Assembly: GCF_001194135.2 (NCBI RefSeq)
Contig: NC_068990.1
Coordinates: 70,150,560-70,214,559, forward strand
Reading direction: 5' to 3'
Length of the DNA: 64,000 nucleotides
From: Octopus bimaculoides
Lineage: Eukaryota
This document shows positions 23,570-35,636 of the stretch, piece by piece. A model generated the notes under the pieces. The model was not told the DNA's origin. It ran no database searches and was given only the letters and a program-made list of their open reading frames with translations. The position numbers were made by a program, and so were the translations under genes. Numbering within the stretch: position 1 is the first letter of the stretch; every line of letters begins with the position of its first letter.

Positions 23570-23875
23570 GAAGTATGAGAACTCTTTTGTCTGTGAGAAA
23601 GAATGTGTTGACAAATGTATTCTACATGAAACCAAGTGCATTGATGATGAGTGCCAGCCAGTTCGTGTAACCTTGTGTATATGATGGAGACACTAAAAAC
23701 AGAGGAGGATGCAGTTTCTTACTTGCAAGAGGCCTCTGTAAAGTGAGGTAATAAACGACACTGTGGCACTCACCGTTGTATGGTTGAGTTATATCTCTTT
23801 GAGTTTACGTGGCGCAAGAGATATGAAAATTGTAATTTGTTCCAGAAATTACTTGAGTGCATTTCAAACTTAGGT
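23570..23875 (+). mobile_element. Merlin (IS1016/ISXO2-like) DNA transposase remnant
   Basis: 23753-23872 translates KRHCGTHRCMVELYLFEFTWRKRYENCNLFQKLLECI, resembling the Merlin C-terminal GTHRxMxDxYLxEFxWR motif. There is an in-frame stop just upstream. Confidence 0.55.
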
Positions 23876-24994
23876 TTTCAATGAACGGGACAATAAATTG
23901 TTTGTTTTTTTTATGTTTTTGGATAAAGCTTTCAAGTTTGATATTTTGAAAAATATTTAATTTGTAAGGTACTATTTTGGATAAATCTTTTAAGTTTGAG
24001 CTATAAGTTTGTTATTTTGAAAAATATGTAATTTGTATTGTGCTGTTTATAGCATTAAATGTATATTGAATACTTAAAACAACAAAATATGTGTTTACTC
24101 GTCTTTTTTGGTGATTGTGAGACATACAAAAAATAACAGTTAGATAGGTCTTAAATTGCGCACCCAATTTTTTTTGTTTTTGCATAATTGTATGAATTCC
24201 CATGCGTAGAATACAAATTTGCAAAACTTTTTCGGGAAAAAGCAAAATATCCCTGAGATTCAGCATGGAAAATTACATCAATACACCAAATTTCAAAATT
24301 TTCACTAAGTTTGAAATTTCCATAGGTGCAGCCAAACAGAAAATATCCTATTGTATACTGTTTTTAATGCTTCAAAAAATTTTCTTTGACATGATGATGA
24401 TGATGGAGTGTCAAGTGGAAAAACGAATGAATTTAGCTGACAATGCAATACATGTTTCATTTGGGTGTGATATTTTTTCTAAGAAGCATCATGCAGGAAA
24501 TAGGAACCCACTTGAGTTTGAAAGCATGACATCCTGGAAATACACTCAACATAATACAGTAAAAGCTAAACAAAAGAAATAGTGTTTTTTATTGTTGCTT
24601 TGTTTTAAAACTAAGTTAAAGACACCAATCATTCTTTTTTCTAAAGTCAAATCGCTACTGACATCCTATACCATGCAAGATTCAAGACCTGTTGTCTTAG
24701 TGTTATAACTATTTGATATTTAATGAAAAGCAGAACAAACTACATCATTTGTATTTTTTTTTCTTTTACATGTTTCAGTCATTGGATTGCGGCCATGCTG
24801 GGATACCACTTTGAAGAATTTAGTTGAACAAGTCAACCTCAGTACTTATGTGAGTGTGTGTGTTTTTTAAAGTCTGTTACTTAATCTATTGGTTTCTTCT
24901 GCCAAACAGCTAAGTTACAGGGAGGTAAAGAAACAGACACTGATTGTTAAGTGCTGATGGTGAGTACAAATAAACAAACACAAATACACATATC

Positions 24995-26130
24995 ATCAAT
25001 TAATGTCCATCTTCCATGTGGCATGGGTTGAATGGTTTGACAGGAACTGGCAAACCAGAGGGCTGCACCAGATTCCATTGCCTGCTTTAGCATGGTTCCT
25101 ATGCCTTGACACCCTTTCTAACGCTAACCACTCTACAGAGTCTATTGAGTACTTTTTATGTGACACCAACACCAGTGGTGTTGCTATATAACTTGCAAGG
25201 CCTGGACTTATGCCTCAGAGGGTAACTTTCTAGGTGCAAACCCATAGCCATTCATGACTGAAGGGAGTCTTTACCCTTTACCCCAGTAGGAAAAGAAAGG
25301 AGAGATAGAGTTAGAGGGAAACAGATAGTGTTGGGGATGCTTTGAGGGGGGGACCTACCCACAGGGTACAGTGAGGGGAATATAAGTGGTACAGAGGGGG
25401 ATGTTTTAAAAGAGTGAAGGGGTAATATTAGTGGTGGTGAAGAGGTGATTGAGCACACAATGGTTAGAGAAACTGGAGTGACTTGGTGAGTGGGGTATAG
25501 TAGATATATGAGGGTGTGGAGGTATGTGAAGGACGGTGGAGGGGCCTGCAGTAGGTGGGGATCATGGGTGGCAGGAAATGGAATGTGGGTGAGTTTTGAC
25601 AAAGGACAGATTATGCATGCGTGTGTGGGAGGGTGGGGTGCATTGCCTCAAAGAACAAGCCTGTATGTATGGTCACAACTTTGTTTGGCATGCCTCTTCA
25701 AGCACAGCAAATCGCCAGAAATTTCTGTCCCTTGTCAACGAGGCTCACCATCAGATCATTTCTCACCACTTTGTCCCATGTCTTCCTGGGTTTGCCTTCT
25801 CCACAGGTTCCCGACATGAGTGATCTTCACTTCTTTATTCAGCTGTCCTCATCCATATGCATTACATGACCAGACCAACATAGTTTTTTTCTCTTGCACA
25901 CTACATCTGATGCCTCTAATACAAAATTTTCCTCTTAAATCATTTACATTGTCATACATGCACAATGATATTACACATCCAACAGAGCATGCTGGCTTCA
26001 TTTATTTCAAGCCTTTACATGTCCTCAGCAGTTACAATCCATGTTTCACTGCCATCTGCTTTTCACTCTGAGGGAGAGGTATTTTGTTACCAACAAAGTT
26101 AATAGCTCTCTGAACTTTGCCCAGCTGGTT
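24995..26130 (-). mobile_element. Older RTE-family LINE fragment (ORF2 C-terminus and 3' tail)
   Basis: 25640-26130 aligns by eye to 20900-21360 (AKFRE, GKPRKTWD segments); the tail-like sequence lies at 24995-25200. Confidence 0.75.
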
Positions 26131-27701
26131 CTTTATATATATAGGGGTAAGTTGTCTTGTCTGTCTATGATTTTCAGGTGTTTTAAGCAAATCATACCCA
26201 CCATGCTAAACTGCAGCATACAGGCAAAGAAAGAAAACACATACATTGAGTATGTGCAGTCAATAATGTTTACAAAACTAGTGCTGCTTCTAATTCATAA
26301 TAAAATTTCTTCTTACATAAGCATAATTGTGGTATGCCAGCAAAATGTTTTTACACTATCTGTATATGGTCATGGACTAGTGATTGAGTTCACCCCTGGT
26401 TCAATTTGAACATGTGATATTGATAAACCACCAAAATGGCGAAATATCAGTATCCATCATGCCTGAATAGGATTAGGAGTGAGTTGTCTTGCTTGTTTAT
26501 GACTTTTAGGTGTTTTAACACCCAGTGCTTTGACGGAGTCATCCCAACGACACAAAACGGCAGCATACTGGTGAACAAAACATACATTGAATATGTGCAG
26601 CCAATACTGTTACATAATATATATATATATATATAATATTAGGGACAAAATCCAAAATTACAGGTAAAAACTCAATTAAAATTAAATTGAGCTTTATAGA
26701 TAAAATATATAGTTTTAGGGAAAATAACCAAGTTTCAAGAACTCATCGATGAAAATCCACTATCACATATAGAAAAATTAATAATTAAAAGCACAATAAA
26801 TGAGTATAATATAAAGTATAATATATATATATATATATATAGTATAATATATATATACACACATACGACAAGCTTGTTAGCCACACAGCTGTTCCTGTGC
26901 CTATTAATGTTTAATTTTGAAAATAAGATTGTGGTTGACATTGTACATAAACTGATAAAATGTAATGGAAAATCTGGAAGATTAGGAAAAAAAAAACCCA
27001 CTCTCTATTCATTCTGATACTATTGGAATTGGCCTAGTGGTCTGGGTGTTCATTCCTGATGATTAGATTGTGATTACAATTCCTGAACAAAATGGTATAT
27101 TGTCCTTGAGCAAGATACTTCATTTCATGTTGCTCCAGTCTATTCAGCTATGAGTAGCAGCTGTGTACAGGTGCAACCCTTTCTCCCTCTAACTACCACA
27201 TCCTGGATATTCTTCTAGATTAACAGTGAGAAAACCATGTGAATGTCTTTGTCTCTATGTGATTACGAAGGCATCTAAAGCAACTAATGAAAGTAGGATA
27301 TAAGTTACAGGTCATACTCGTTTGCAAGCAATGGCTGGCTGTATTTATATAGTATCAACATCATTTAACATTCATGTTCTATGCTGGTATGAGTCAGACA
27401 GATTTTAATAGACTCCAATGGGTCCAAGGACTACATGATGCTCCAGTCATCTGCTTTGACATGGTTTCTGTGGCTGACTGCCCTTCCTAACACCAACCAG
27501 TTTGCAGTATGTATTGTTACTAGCACTAGTGACATCATCATGCAGCTCACAAAACTCTCAAACTGATGGCAGTTCACATATTAAATTTAAATATTTGTAT
27601 GACACCTTGGAATAAGTGTTTTTTACTATAGCTCTTGGCCAATCAAAGTCGTGTGAATGCATTTGGCAACCAGAAATGAGAGAAACCTGTTGTATGTGTG
27701 T

Positions 27702-27744
<43 letters not shown>

Positions 27745-28987
27745 ATATGTAATATATACATGTATGTGTCTCCTAGTGTTGACATTGTATGATAGCTGTA
27801 AATGAGTGTCATACAAGTAGTATTATTCATTACTAATAATCTGTGAAAAACATATTTGGCTATAAGGAAATATTACCTTGTTTGGCAACAGGAAGGGTAT
27901 CCAGTCATAGACAGTTTGCCTCAATAACCTCCATCTACTCAAGCATGAAAAAGTGAACATTGAAATAATGATGATGATGAAAAACAAAAAAGTAACCACG
28001 ATGAACCATTTTTTAAATTATGGATAACATCACAGTCAGGTCTTCTAGTTCTTTGTGGAATCCTCTGGCTTGCTTCACTTCAGTAAAAATATCTCACTTG
28101 CAGATAATACCACTAAGCTTTCTTCCTATTCCAAATTTCCTTTTTCAACCCCATTTCCAATACCTTGACGACATTGAAGACAGTAAAAAACAACCTTTTT
28201 TTTTTTTTGTTTTCAGTTTCTTTTATATTCCCCCAGTGATTCCCTGCATGGTTTCTATGAAGCAAGATCTAATGCAGATGTATTTTCTCACATTTGACAC
28301 TAAGCAGTCTCTTTATCCAACAACTTCAGGAAAACTAATGCTTATCTCCTTACCATTTCCAAAGTCTCTGTTGATCTAGCATAGCTAAGTTGTCTACGCT
28401 GAGGCTCTGTGAATTCTAAATCTTTTCAGTCAGAACTTCTTTATCAAATTACTCAATCATTATAGGATTTTATTCACGCTGGTGTTCCTCATATCTATAA
28501 CCCTCCTTCCGTGAGTTAATGGCCTTCTCACACACTTATGTCATTTCAAGCCAGCTTGGCACTAGTTCTGTTAAGTTTCCAAATACATATTTTTCAATGA
28601 CAAGTTTCTAGTCATTCAACTTGCTTGAAATAGCAGTCAAACTCCCCTTAAACCACATCCTAGTCTAACATAAGGATACATTAGATAATGCAACCAATAA
28701 AAATACAGAATGATCACAACTAGAATACCTTGATTATATGCCTGATCAGAAAGACCAGGGACTAAATAAGGTCTCTTCTAACACCAGGACAATCTTACTT
28801 CACATTTCCTGCTGATGAGCAATACACAGCTCGTATCCCTCAAATCTAAGATATCACAATCAATTTACTTCTCAGTGACTGAGATATATTAACCACAGGT
28901 CATTAGATTTACTGTCTTTTGTTCTTATATCTCAACCTACAAAGCTTTCTTTCACCTACAATTTATTCGTCTACCCAACTTCCTTAA

Positions 28988-29095
28988 CCCTTTGTGATTG
29001 TATATATTTAGAATGACATTATAGGGTAAGTATGAGGCCAGATCTGACCTGTAGGAATATTTTAGCCAGATATGGCTGGTTTAAATGCTAAAGGG
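28988..29095. mobile_element. Second TTAA-flanked MITE type (108 bp) with the same CCCTTT termini
   Basis: TTAA at 28984-28987 and 29096-29099 with inverted CCCTTT/AAAGGG ends. Confidence 0.65.
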
Positions 29096-29400
29096 TTAAT
29101 CCTTCCCGCAAGTCACAACTTTCTCGAATTCCCTCCTACAAACATCAACAATGTAACAGTATGCTATCCTTAACCTCTGACTTCATTGAATAAAATAAAA
29201 AAATGTTGAGTGAATTTATGTACAATTTGTGAAATCATTGTTTACATTTCTCTTGTTTTTTTTTAATTATTCCAAGAGACAACCCTGAAAAAGAAATTTG
29301 CTTCTTGGTTTTTATCCTTCTACCATATTAATGGCCATTGCAGAATGTAGAAACATATCAATCTTATAATTTTAAGCCTCCGTTTTGGAATAATAAATAA

Positions 29401-29620
29401 TGGTCTCCTTAACTGAGTGCTCCCTGAACCCTTACTCTCCTTGCTGCTTAACTGAGTGCTCTCTGAACCCTTACTCTTGGTCTCCTTGCTGCTTAACTGA
29501 GTGCTCTCTGAACCCTTACTCTTGGTCTCCTTGCTGCTCCAATGAACACTCTCAACCCTTACTGTGGTTGAGTATTCCTTTCCCTGCTGCTTAACTGAAT
29601 GCTCTCTCAACTCCTATTGT
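29401..29620. repeat. 45-bp minisatellite
   Basis: Unit ttgctgcttaactgagtgctctctgaacccttactcttggtctcc is exact at 29441-29485 and 29486-29530, with degenerate flanking copies. Confidence 0.9.
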
Positions 29621-29952
29621 GGGTAAAAGTAGTTTCTCTCCAACCGAACATAATTTCTATAGACAATCCATACCCGTAATATATATATTGCAACCACTCT
29701 AAGTTGGTTATCTAAATCTCTGTAAAACTAACCAAAAATTTTCTTTACTTAGAGGAATATGAACGATTATGAATGGCTCTTTTAAAAAAATGTCAAATCA
29801 AAATTCAAGTTGTGAAATTTTTTGTAGTATGTGTAACTATTGTCAATGGATTATCACAGGAGAAACATCAGTGAACAGGCTGTCAACAGAATTCCTTTAG
29901 GTATTTAACAAGACTCTCTGCATTAAATTCCACCAAGGAGAGAGCAAGAGGC

Positions 29953-29983
<31 letters not shown>

Positions 29984-32249
29984 TAATTACTATTTAAAGT
30001 CCTAATACTCATAGGGCTGGTTACCCAGTTTCCATGGTGTATAAGTGACATTCCACCTCTGAACAGGATACCAGTCCATTGCAGGATTTACTCATTTACA
30101 GCTGAGTGAACTGGAGCAATATGAAATGTTTCGCTCAAGAACATAATGCATCAACCAGTTTGGGAAATGAAACCACATTCTTCCAATCATGAGTGCAACA
30201 CCCTAACCACTAGATCATGCGCAGTAATAGGAGGTAAAAAGAAAGAAAAAAAAAAGACCCAATTCAGAGCAGTGGATTGGCAGAACTGTCAGAGTATTAA
30301 ATGTCATGTATCTGTAGATCCCCCTATTCTGACAGTAACACCTATGACAACAATAGCAGTATGGGCAACTGCTTATCCATAAAGGAAGGAAGAAAGAAAA
30401 AAAAAAAACAAAACAAAAAACACTGTTGCCCAAAGACCCTAAAAGAGCAGAAATCAATTTGTAGTTTAGCTAAGTAGTGGTGAGTCAAGTCCATTAACAT
30501 TTTACTTCTACCAGGAAATAAATCAAGTTAACTTCCTTCATGCTGTTTTTATTTCACTATATAGATATTTCCTCTAAAAGTTCAAGGCCTCATGAATCAT
30601 CAGAAGTGATTAGTAATTCGTAAGACCTTACAAAACAAAAACCCAACCAAATCAGGCTAAATACAAAAGAGAATAAAACAAATTAAGACATCACACTAGA
30701 TTAGAAACCCCATGGTTTCTTTCTCCTCCTCCTCCTCCTCACAGATCGCTATTGGTAGATTTTCCAATCTCTACATATGGTCAAAATGTCATCCCAGCTC
30801 AGAGAATCAACTTACAAAACTGAAACAAAGTTGTTCTACTACAAACCATAATTTAATGATTCTATTTCCCTAATGGCAATGATATTAGTTATTTCTAATG
30901 TTTTTGGAATTCTTATAATTACAGGATTCAGTTTAAAATGAAATCTTGCTACAGTAGATAATAGGAGTGAATCCAGCAGAAACAATCTCATTTTTTAACA
31001 GATGAGTAAGCATTAACAATAATAAAACATAGGAACAAGGCCAGAAACTTGGAGTAGCAGGGGTTAGTTAAGTTTAAATCAAACCCCAGCACTTCACTGG
31101 TACAGTATTTTATTGACCTGGGTGGGTAACAGATAAAATTGAACTAAGCAGGATTAACAAAAATATGGAATACCACAAGGCATTTTACTTGATACTCCAC
31201 TGGTCCTGTTAATCCTCTTCCCTAATGGGTTCTAATTTATGTGCAAGGTCAGCAAATCTGAAGGGATGGAGTTATTTGATCACTCAAAATGCATAGAGCT
31301 CTAACTGTAGACTGCAAGGAATTTTATCCAATTCTGATTCTGTCAATCCTCAATCATAATAATCCTTTCTACTCTAAACAAAAGACCTGAAGTTTTAGGC
31401 AGCAGGGCTAGTCCAATAAACTGATCTTAGCACTCATTAACCTTGAAAGGATGAAAAGTCTGAAGAATTGCCACTAAGCATTTTGTCCTTTCTAGGGTGA
31501 TCAGCTGGCAGAATTGTTAGCACACCAGGCAAAACACTTAGCATTTCATCTTTCTTTATGCTCCGAGTTCAAATTTCACTGAGGTCAACTTTGTCTTCCA
31601 TTCTTATGGGGTTAATAAAATAAGCAACAGTTGAGCACTGCAGTTGATGTAAACGACTTGCCCCCTCCCAGGAACTGCTGGCTTTGTGCCATAATTTAAA
31701 ACCAATAATTCTTTCTGAAATTTTATTTTGTGGGGGGACCAGTCAGAGTTATATTAACCTAGTGCTCTGGTATTTTTCACTGAACCTTAAAGAATGACCT
31801 TAAATACAACACTTATTTTAAGATTTCATACAAGTGTCTGAATTTGATATCCCAGTTGGCAAAATAACCAAGATGTCTTCATATATATATATAAACCACC
31901 TTAGCAAAACTGGCTATATTTCTCTTTAATAATAATTGTTGTGAACTCAAAAAGGCCAACTTAGTCTTTCATCCTTTCAGTATCTACCCGTCTATGGCAA
32001 TGGACTGGCAGAATTATTAAAGACTTGGACAAAATCTAGGCAGGATTCATTATGTTTTGTGCCAATAGACTATTAAAAGAAGGTAACAGAGAAATCACTT
32101 CTGTATTCTTATATGAAAAATTCCTTAACACATGGTGCTCGACATATCACCAAGAGTTGTTCATGATGTAATACCACAGAAAGGAAAGGAATAGCTATTG
32201 GCAACCCAGCTTTAACAGACTCATGATCAATGATATTCCTACAGAGATG

Positions 32250-35200
32250 GTAGCCATGATTGAACTAAGAAAAACTATCTTATCTGATATGTCCTTTCTG
32301 TCTTCAAAATGGCAGGAAGTAATTTGAAGATTTTGGGTGCTAATCTAGCAATTTGACCATATGAAGGTATCTTCTCTAATGATTGAAGAATGAAGTCAGT
32401 TAAAATTCCATTCAGGACATTATTTCTCAAATAACTTCGAAAGGAGTTCTTTAACACAGTACTATCAAGAAAGAAGAAAAAGAACTAAATTAATCATTCT
32501 CAGGTATTTAATAGAATGGATTATTACTAATTTTCCTGTAGGTTTTCCATAAATCACCACTACTGCATTTGTCTATCAGACATCGAGTCCCTCAATTCTA
32601 AGCAATAGCATCACAAGACAAATTCTTGATCCAGTTTTGGTTGAGTTTCAGAAATAAAGTTTCATCTACTTCAAAATCAAGATGAATTTAATATATTTAC
32701 CTATAAGTTAAATGAATTTTGCATAACAAATTGATAATTTGAAGAAAAAAAAAAATGGCTTTGACCAACTTATTCTTGTACAGACTGTAAGGTCAGAGAA
32801 AATAAGTAACAAGTTCAAATGGCTAAACATTTGACTCTCACATCAGTTATTTTGTTTATTAAATAGCAATGCAGCAGACAGCTTGTCAATTTATACAGTT
32901 GAGACTGGCACTGAATCTACACAACCAAACTTAAGTTGAACTAGATTTTAGAGTTTGTCCATTAATGCAGCATAGAATAACCAAAGAATAAAGTAGAAAT
33001 CAGCAAAAGCCAGTCTAAGAAAATGAAAACTTCACCAGTAAGAAAAAAATAAATAGGAGAGCAAAATCCTTTATTGGTGAGCTGAAAAGGTTGGTTTACA
33101 TGAGCAACATATGTGTTTTGTATGTGTGTGTATATATATAGAGAAACTGCTCTTTAGCAAGCAGTGTGAACACAATTTGACCAAGGCACTGCTCTTTACT
33201 AGGCAAACAACACACAAGTTAAGCCACACATAATCATGCATATACATAGATGAGAGAGCACAGAAAGAAAGAGAGCAGAAAGAGACCACCTGTAGTTGTC
33301 TTTCTTGAATGCAAAATAGTAAAAGGAAATTTATCAGCCAATCAAGTGTGCATGTGTTTTTACACCTGTGCACATACTTACCAGCATACATGTGATTTTT
33401 TAAATTTTTATTATTTCATTTCATTAGAGCAACAATGTATATATAGATATACTTTTTTAAAATTTGTTAAAAATACAAAATAAGATAAAATATAGAATAA
33501 ATGATGTAAAGAAATCAAAAAGTTTGGAAAACAGAAAAATTCTGTCCAATAAATAGCAACACATTCCAAAAGTATAGATTTAGCGGCAAGAAAGCAGAGA
33601 GAATATTAAATAAACAAAATAGTAAACTCTGAAAATAATCTAACATTTAAATTTGTTTAATCATTTAAAAAAATATATTTTTTAAACTATTGCTAATTAA
33701 AAAGCTCAAAGCAGATTTGCTTTTATTTTTCCTTGAGCAGGGCTCCCCATCACCTCTAGTTATTTCTTGCTGCTCTTGAAGCAAGTGAATAATTTTGCCC
33801 ATCCTTGTAAGTTTCAGTTTAAAGTGTGGAAGAAGAAAACATTTTTAATTTGTTCAGTGTAATTGTTCAACGCAATCGTTTTTAAATAATAGGATCATCA
33901 TTATTAAGATAATCATCATGAACTTTAATATTAGAATTAGCTTTAACATAAGAGCAGTCATTCTTGTGTGAATCTGGTATAAAGAACCAATAATCCTAAC
34001 TATGAGAAACAAAAAACTTCAGTTTTAGTTAAATTCGGTTTTAATTAAAACTGCACCTCCAGGTAATGTTACAATTAATATGCAGTTAACTCATAAAACA
34101 TTAAATTCAATGTTAGAACAACTAGAAAATATTTAAGATACACAAATGCAAACTCAATATTGCAATAAAATAACTTATTTTATATTCAGGGGCAAAAAGA
34201 GCATTATTATTATTATTAAATAAAAAAAAAATTATAAGAATAAACCTAGACAAGCAACACAGAGGAAATTATATCACAATTTATTGAATTTCTCGATTGT
34301 ATTGTAAAAAAATATTCAGAGACAGCATTGTATTTCTACCTTAGCTGTGGAGTAAAAGACAAAAAACACGAAAGCCCAACAGTAATGATTGCCATCAAAG
34401 AGAGAGGGAGTGGGGTCAGATATATAGAGAGGTAGAAAGATTAAAAAGCAAAGAGAAAATCTGGAAGATGAAGCACAGAATGAAATTTGGTTTAGCAGAA
34501 GAGAAATATTCTACACTAAAATGAAAAAGCAGTGGTCTGTTAACACATGCATGAGTGTATGTGTGTAGTCATAGCAGCAGTGGTGAAGAAAGATGAGAGG
34601 AAGAGATGTTGGGCATGGAGCTGGGTTGGGATGGGATCAAGTGTAGGTGGCAGCAAAGGACATTTTTTGCAAACAAGAAAAACAAAAAAAGGAAAACAAA
34701 AAAAAAATTACAAGGGTAAAATAGAGGAAAAATAAATAAAAAAACAGAAAATAAATAAATAACAGCTGGTTGTATCAAAGACATGGGATTGTGATTTCCA
34801 TGATACAGTTGAAAGCCTTATTTTGTTTTTATTATCATTATCATATTTTAAAACAGCGTCCAAAAAAAAAAAAAAAAAAAAAAAAACCACTTTGTCCAGA
34901 ATTAAATTTACTTAAACATTTTATTCTTCATTATTTTTTTGTGTTATTACTGTTCAGTAATAATATATTTTTCAAAATTTGTCAATATTTATTTTTTTGT
35001 CTTTCTATAATTTTTTTTTTTAAATTTAATGCGTTTATTAAATTTTCCAGCCAGTGGATTTAGACAGCCAAAAAAGCCATTGTGACACCAATGCAGGACA
35101 TGTGTGGAGGAGACAGGGTCTAATATTTGGTTGCAAGGGAAAGTAGCGGGGGATGGGGTAGGTTCTTATTGATCAGCAATAGACATGACAACATAGCATT

Positions 35201-35636
35201 TTGACTTGAAGACTATTATCATTATTATTATTAAAATTATGTAGGCCTTACTGCAGGTTCCTGCATTTAGTAACGGCCTGAGTAATTTTCATCTTTCTCA
35301 CTGATAACAGTAGAAAGAACCAAACATTTTACCGAAATTAAACAGCATTTCAAAAGAAAAGCGTATTCCATCCCATACACCCCTCACTGAAAAAATTTCT
35401 TAGATCCTTCTCAGCAAAACAGGTTAGAGTGGGAGGAATGAAAGGCAATGGAAATAAAAAAAAAGCCTTTGTTATAATAATAATTTTTTAATTGTCTCAC
35501 TTGTTCACAAAGAGGTGGGGGGAAAGGGGCTTGAATGAAAACAAGTGGGGAGAAATTTCATGGAGACAAACTGTGTCCATTAGCCATGTTTAAGGAGAGA
35601 AGAAAGGTGAGTAGAGTGAAAGGGCAGTTCCTTGAT
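32250..35636 (-). other. Probable long 3' UTR of the MAP1/futsch gene
   Basis: Follows the stop codon and lacks recognisable SINEs. Has U-rich tracts and several AATAAA on the minus strand (35034, 34920, 34280, 33722, 33070, 32855). The true end is not determinable. Confidence 0.45.
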
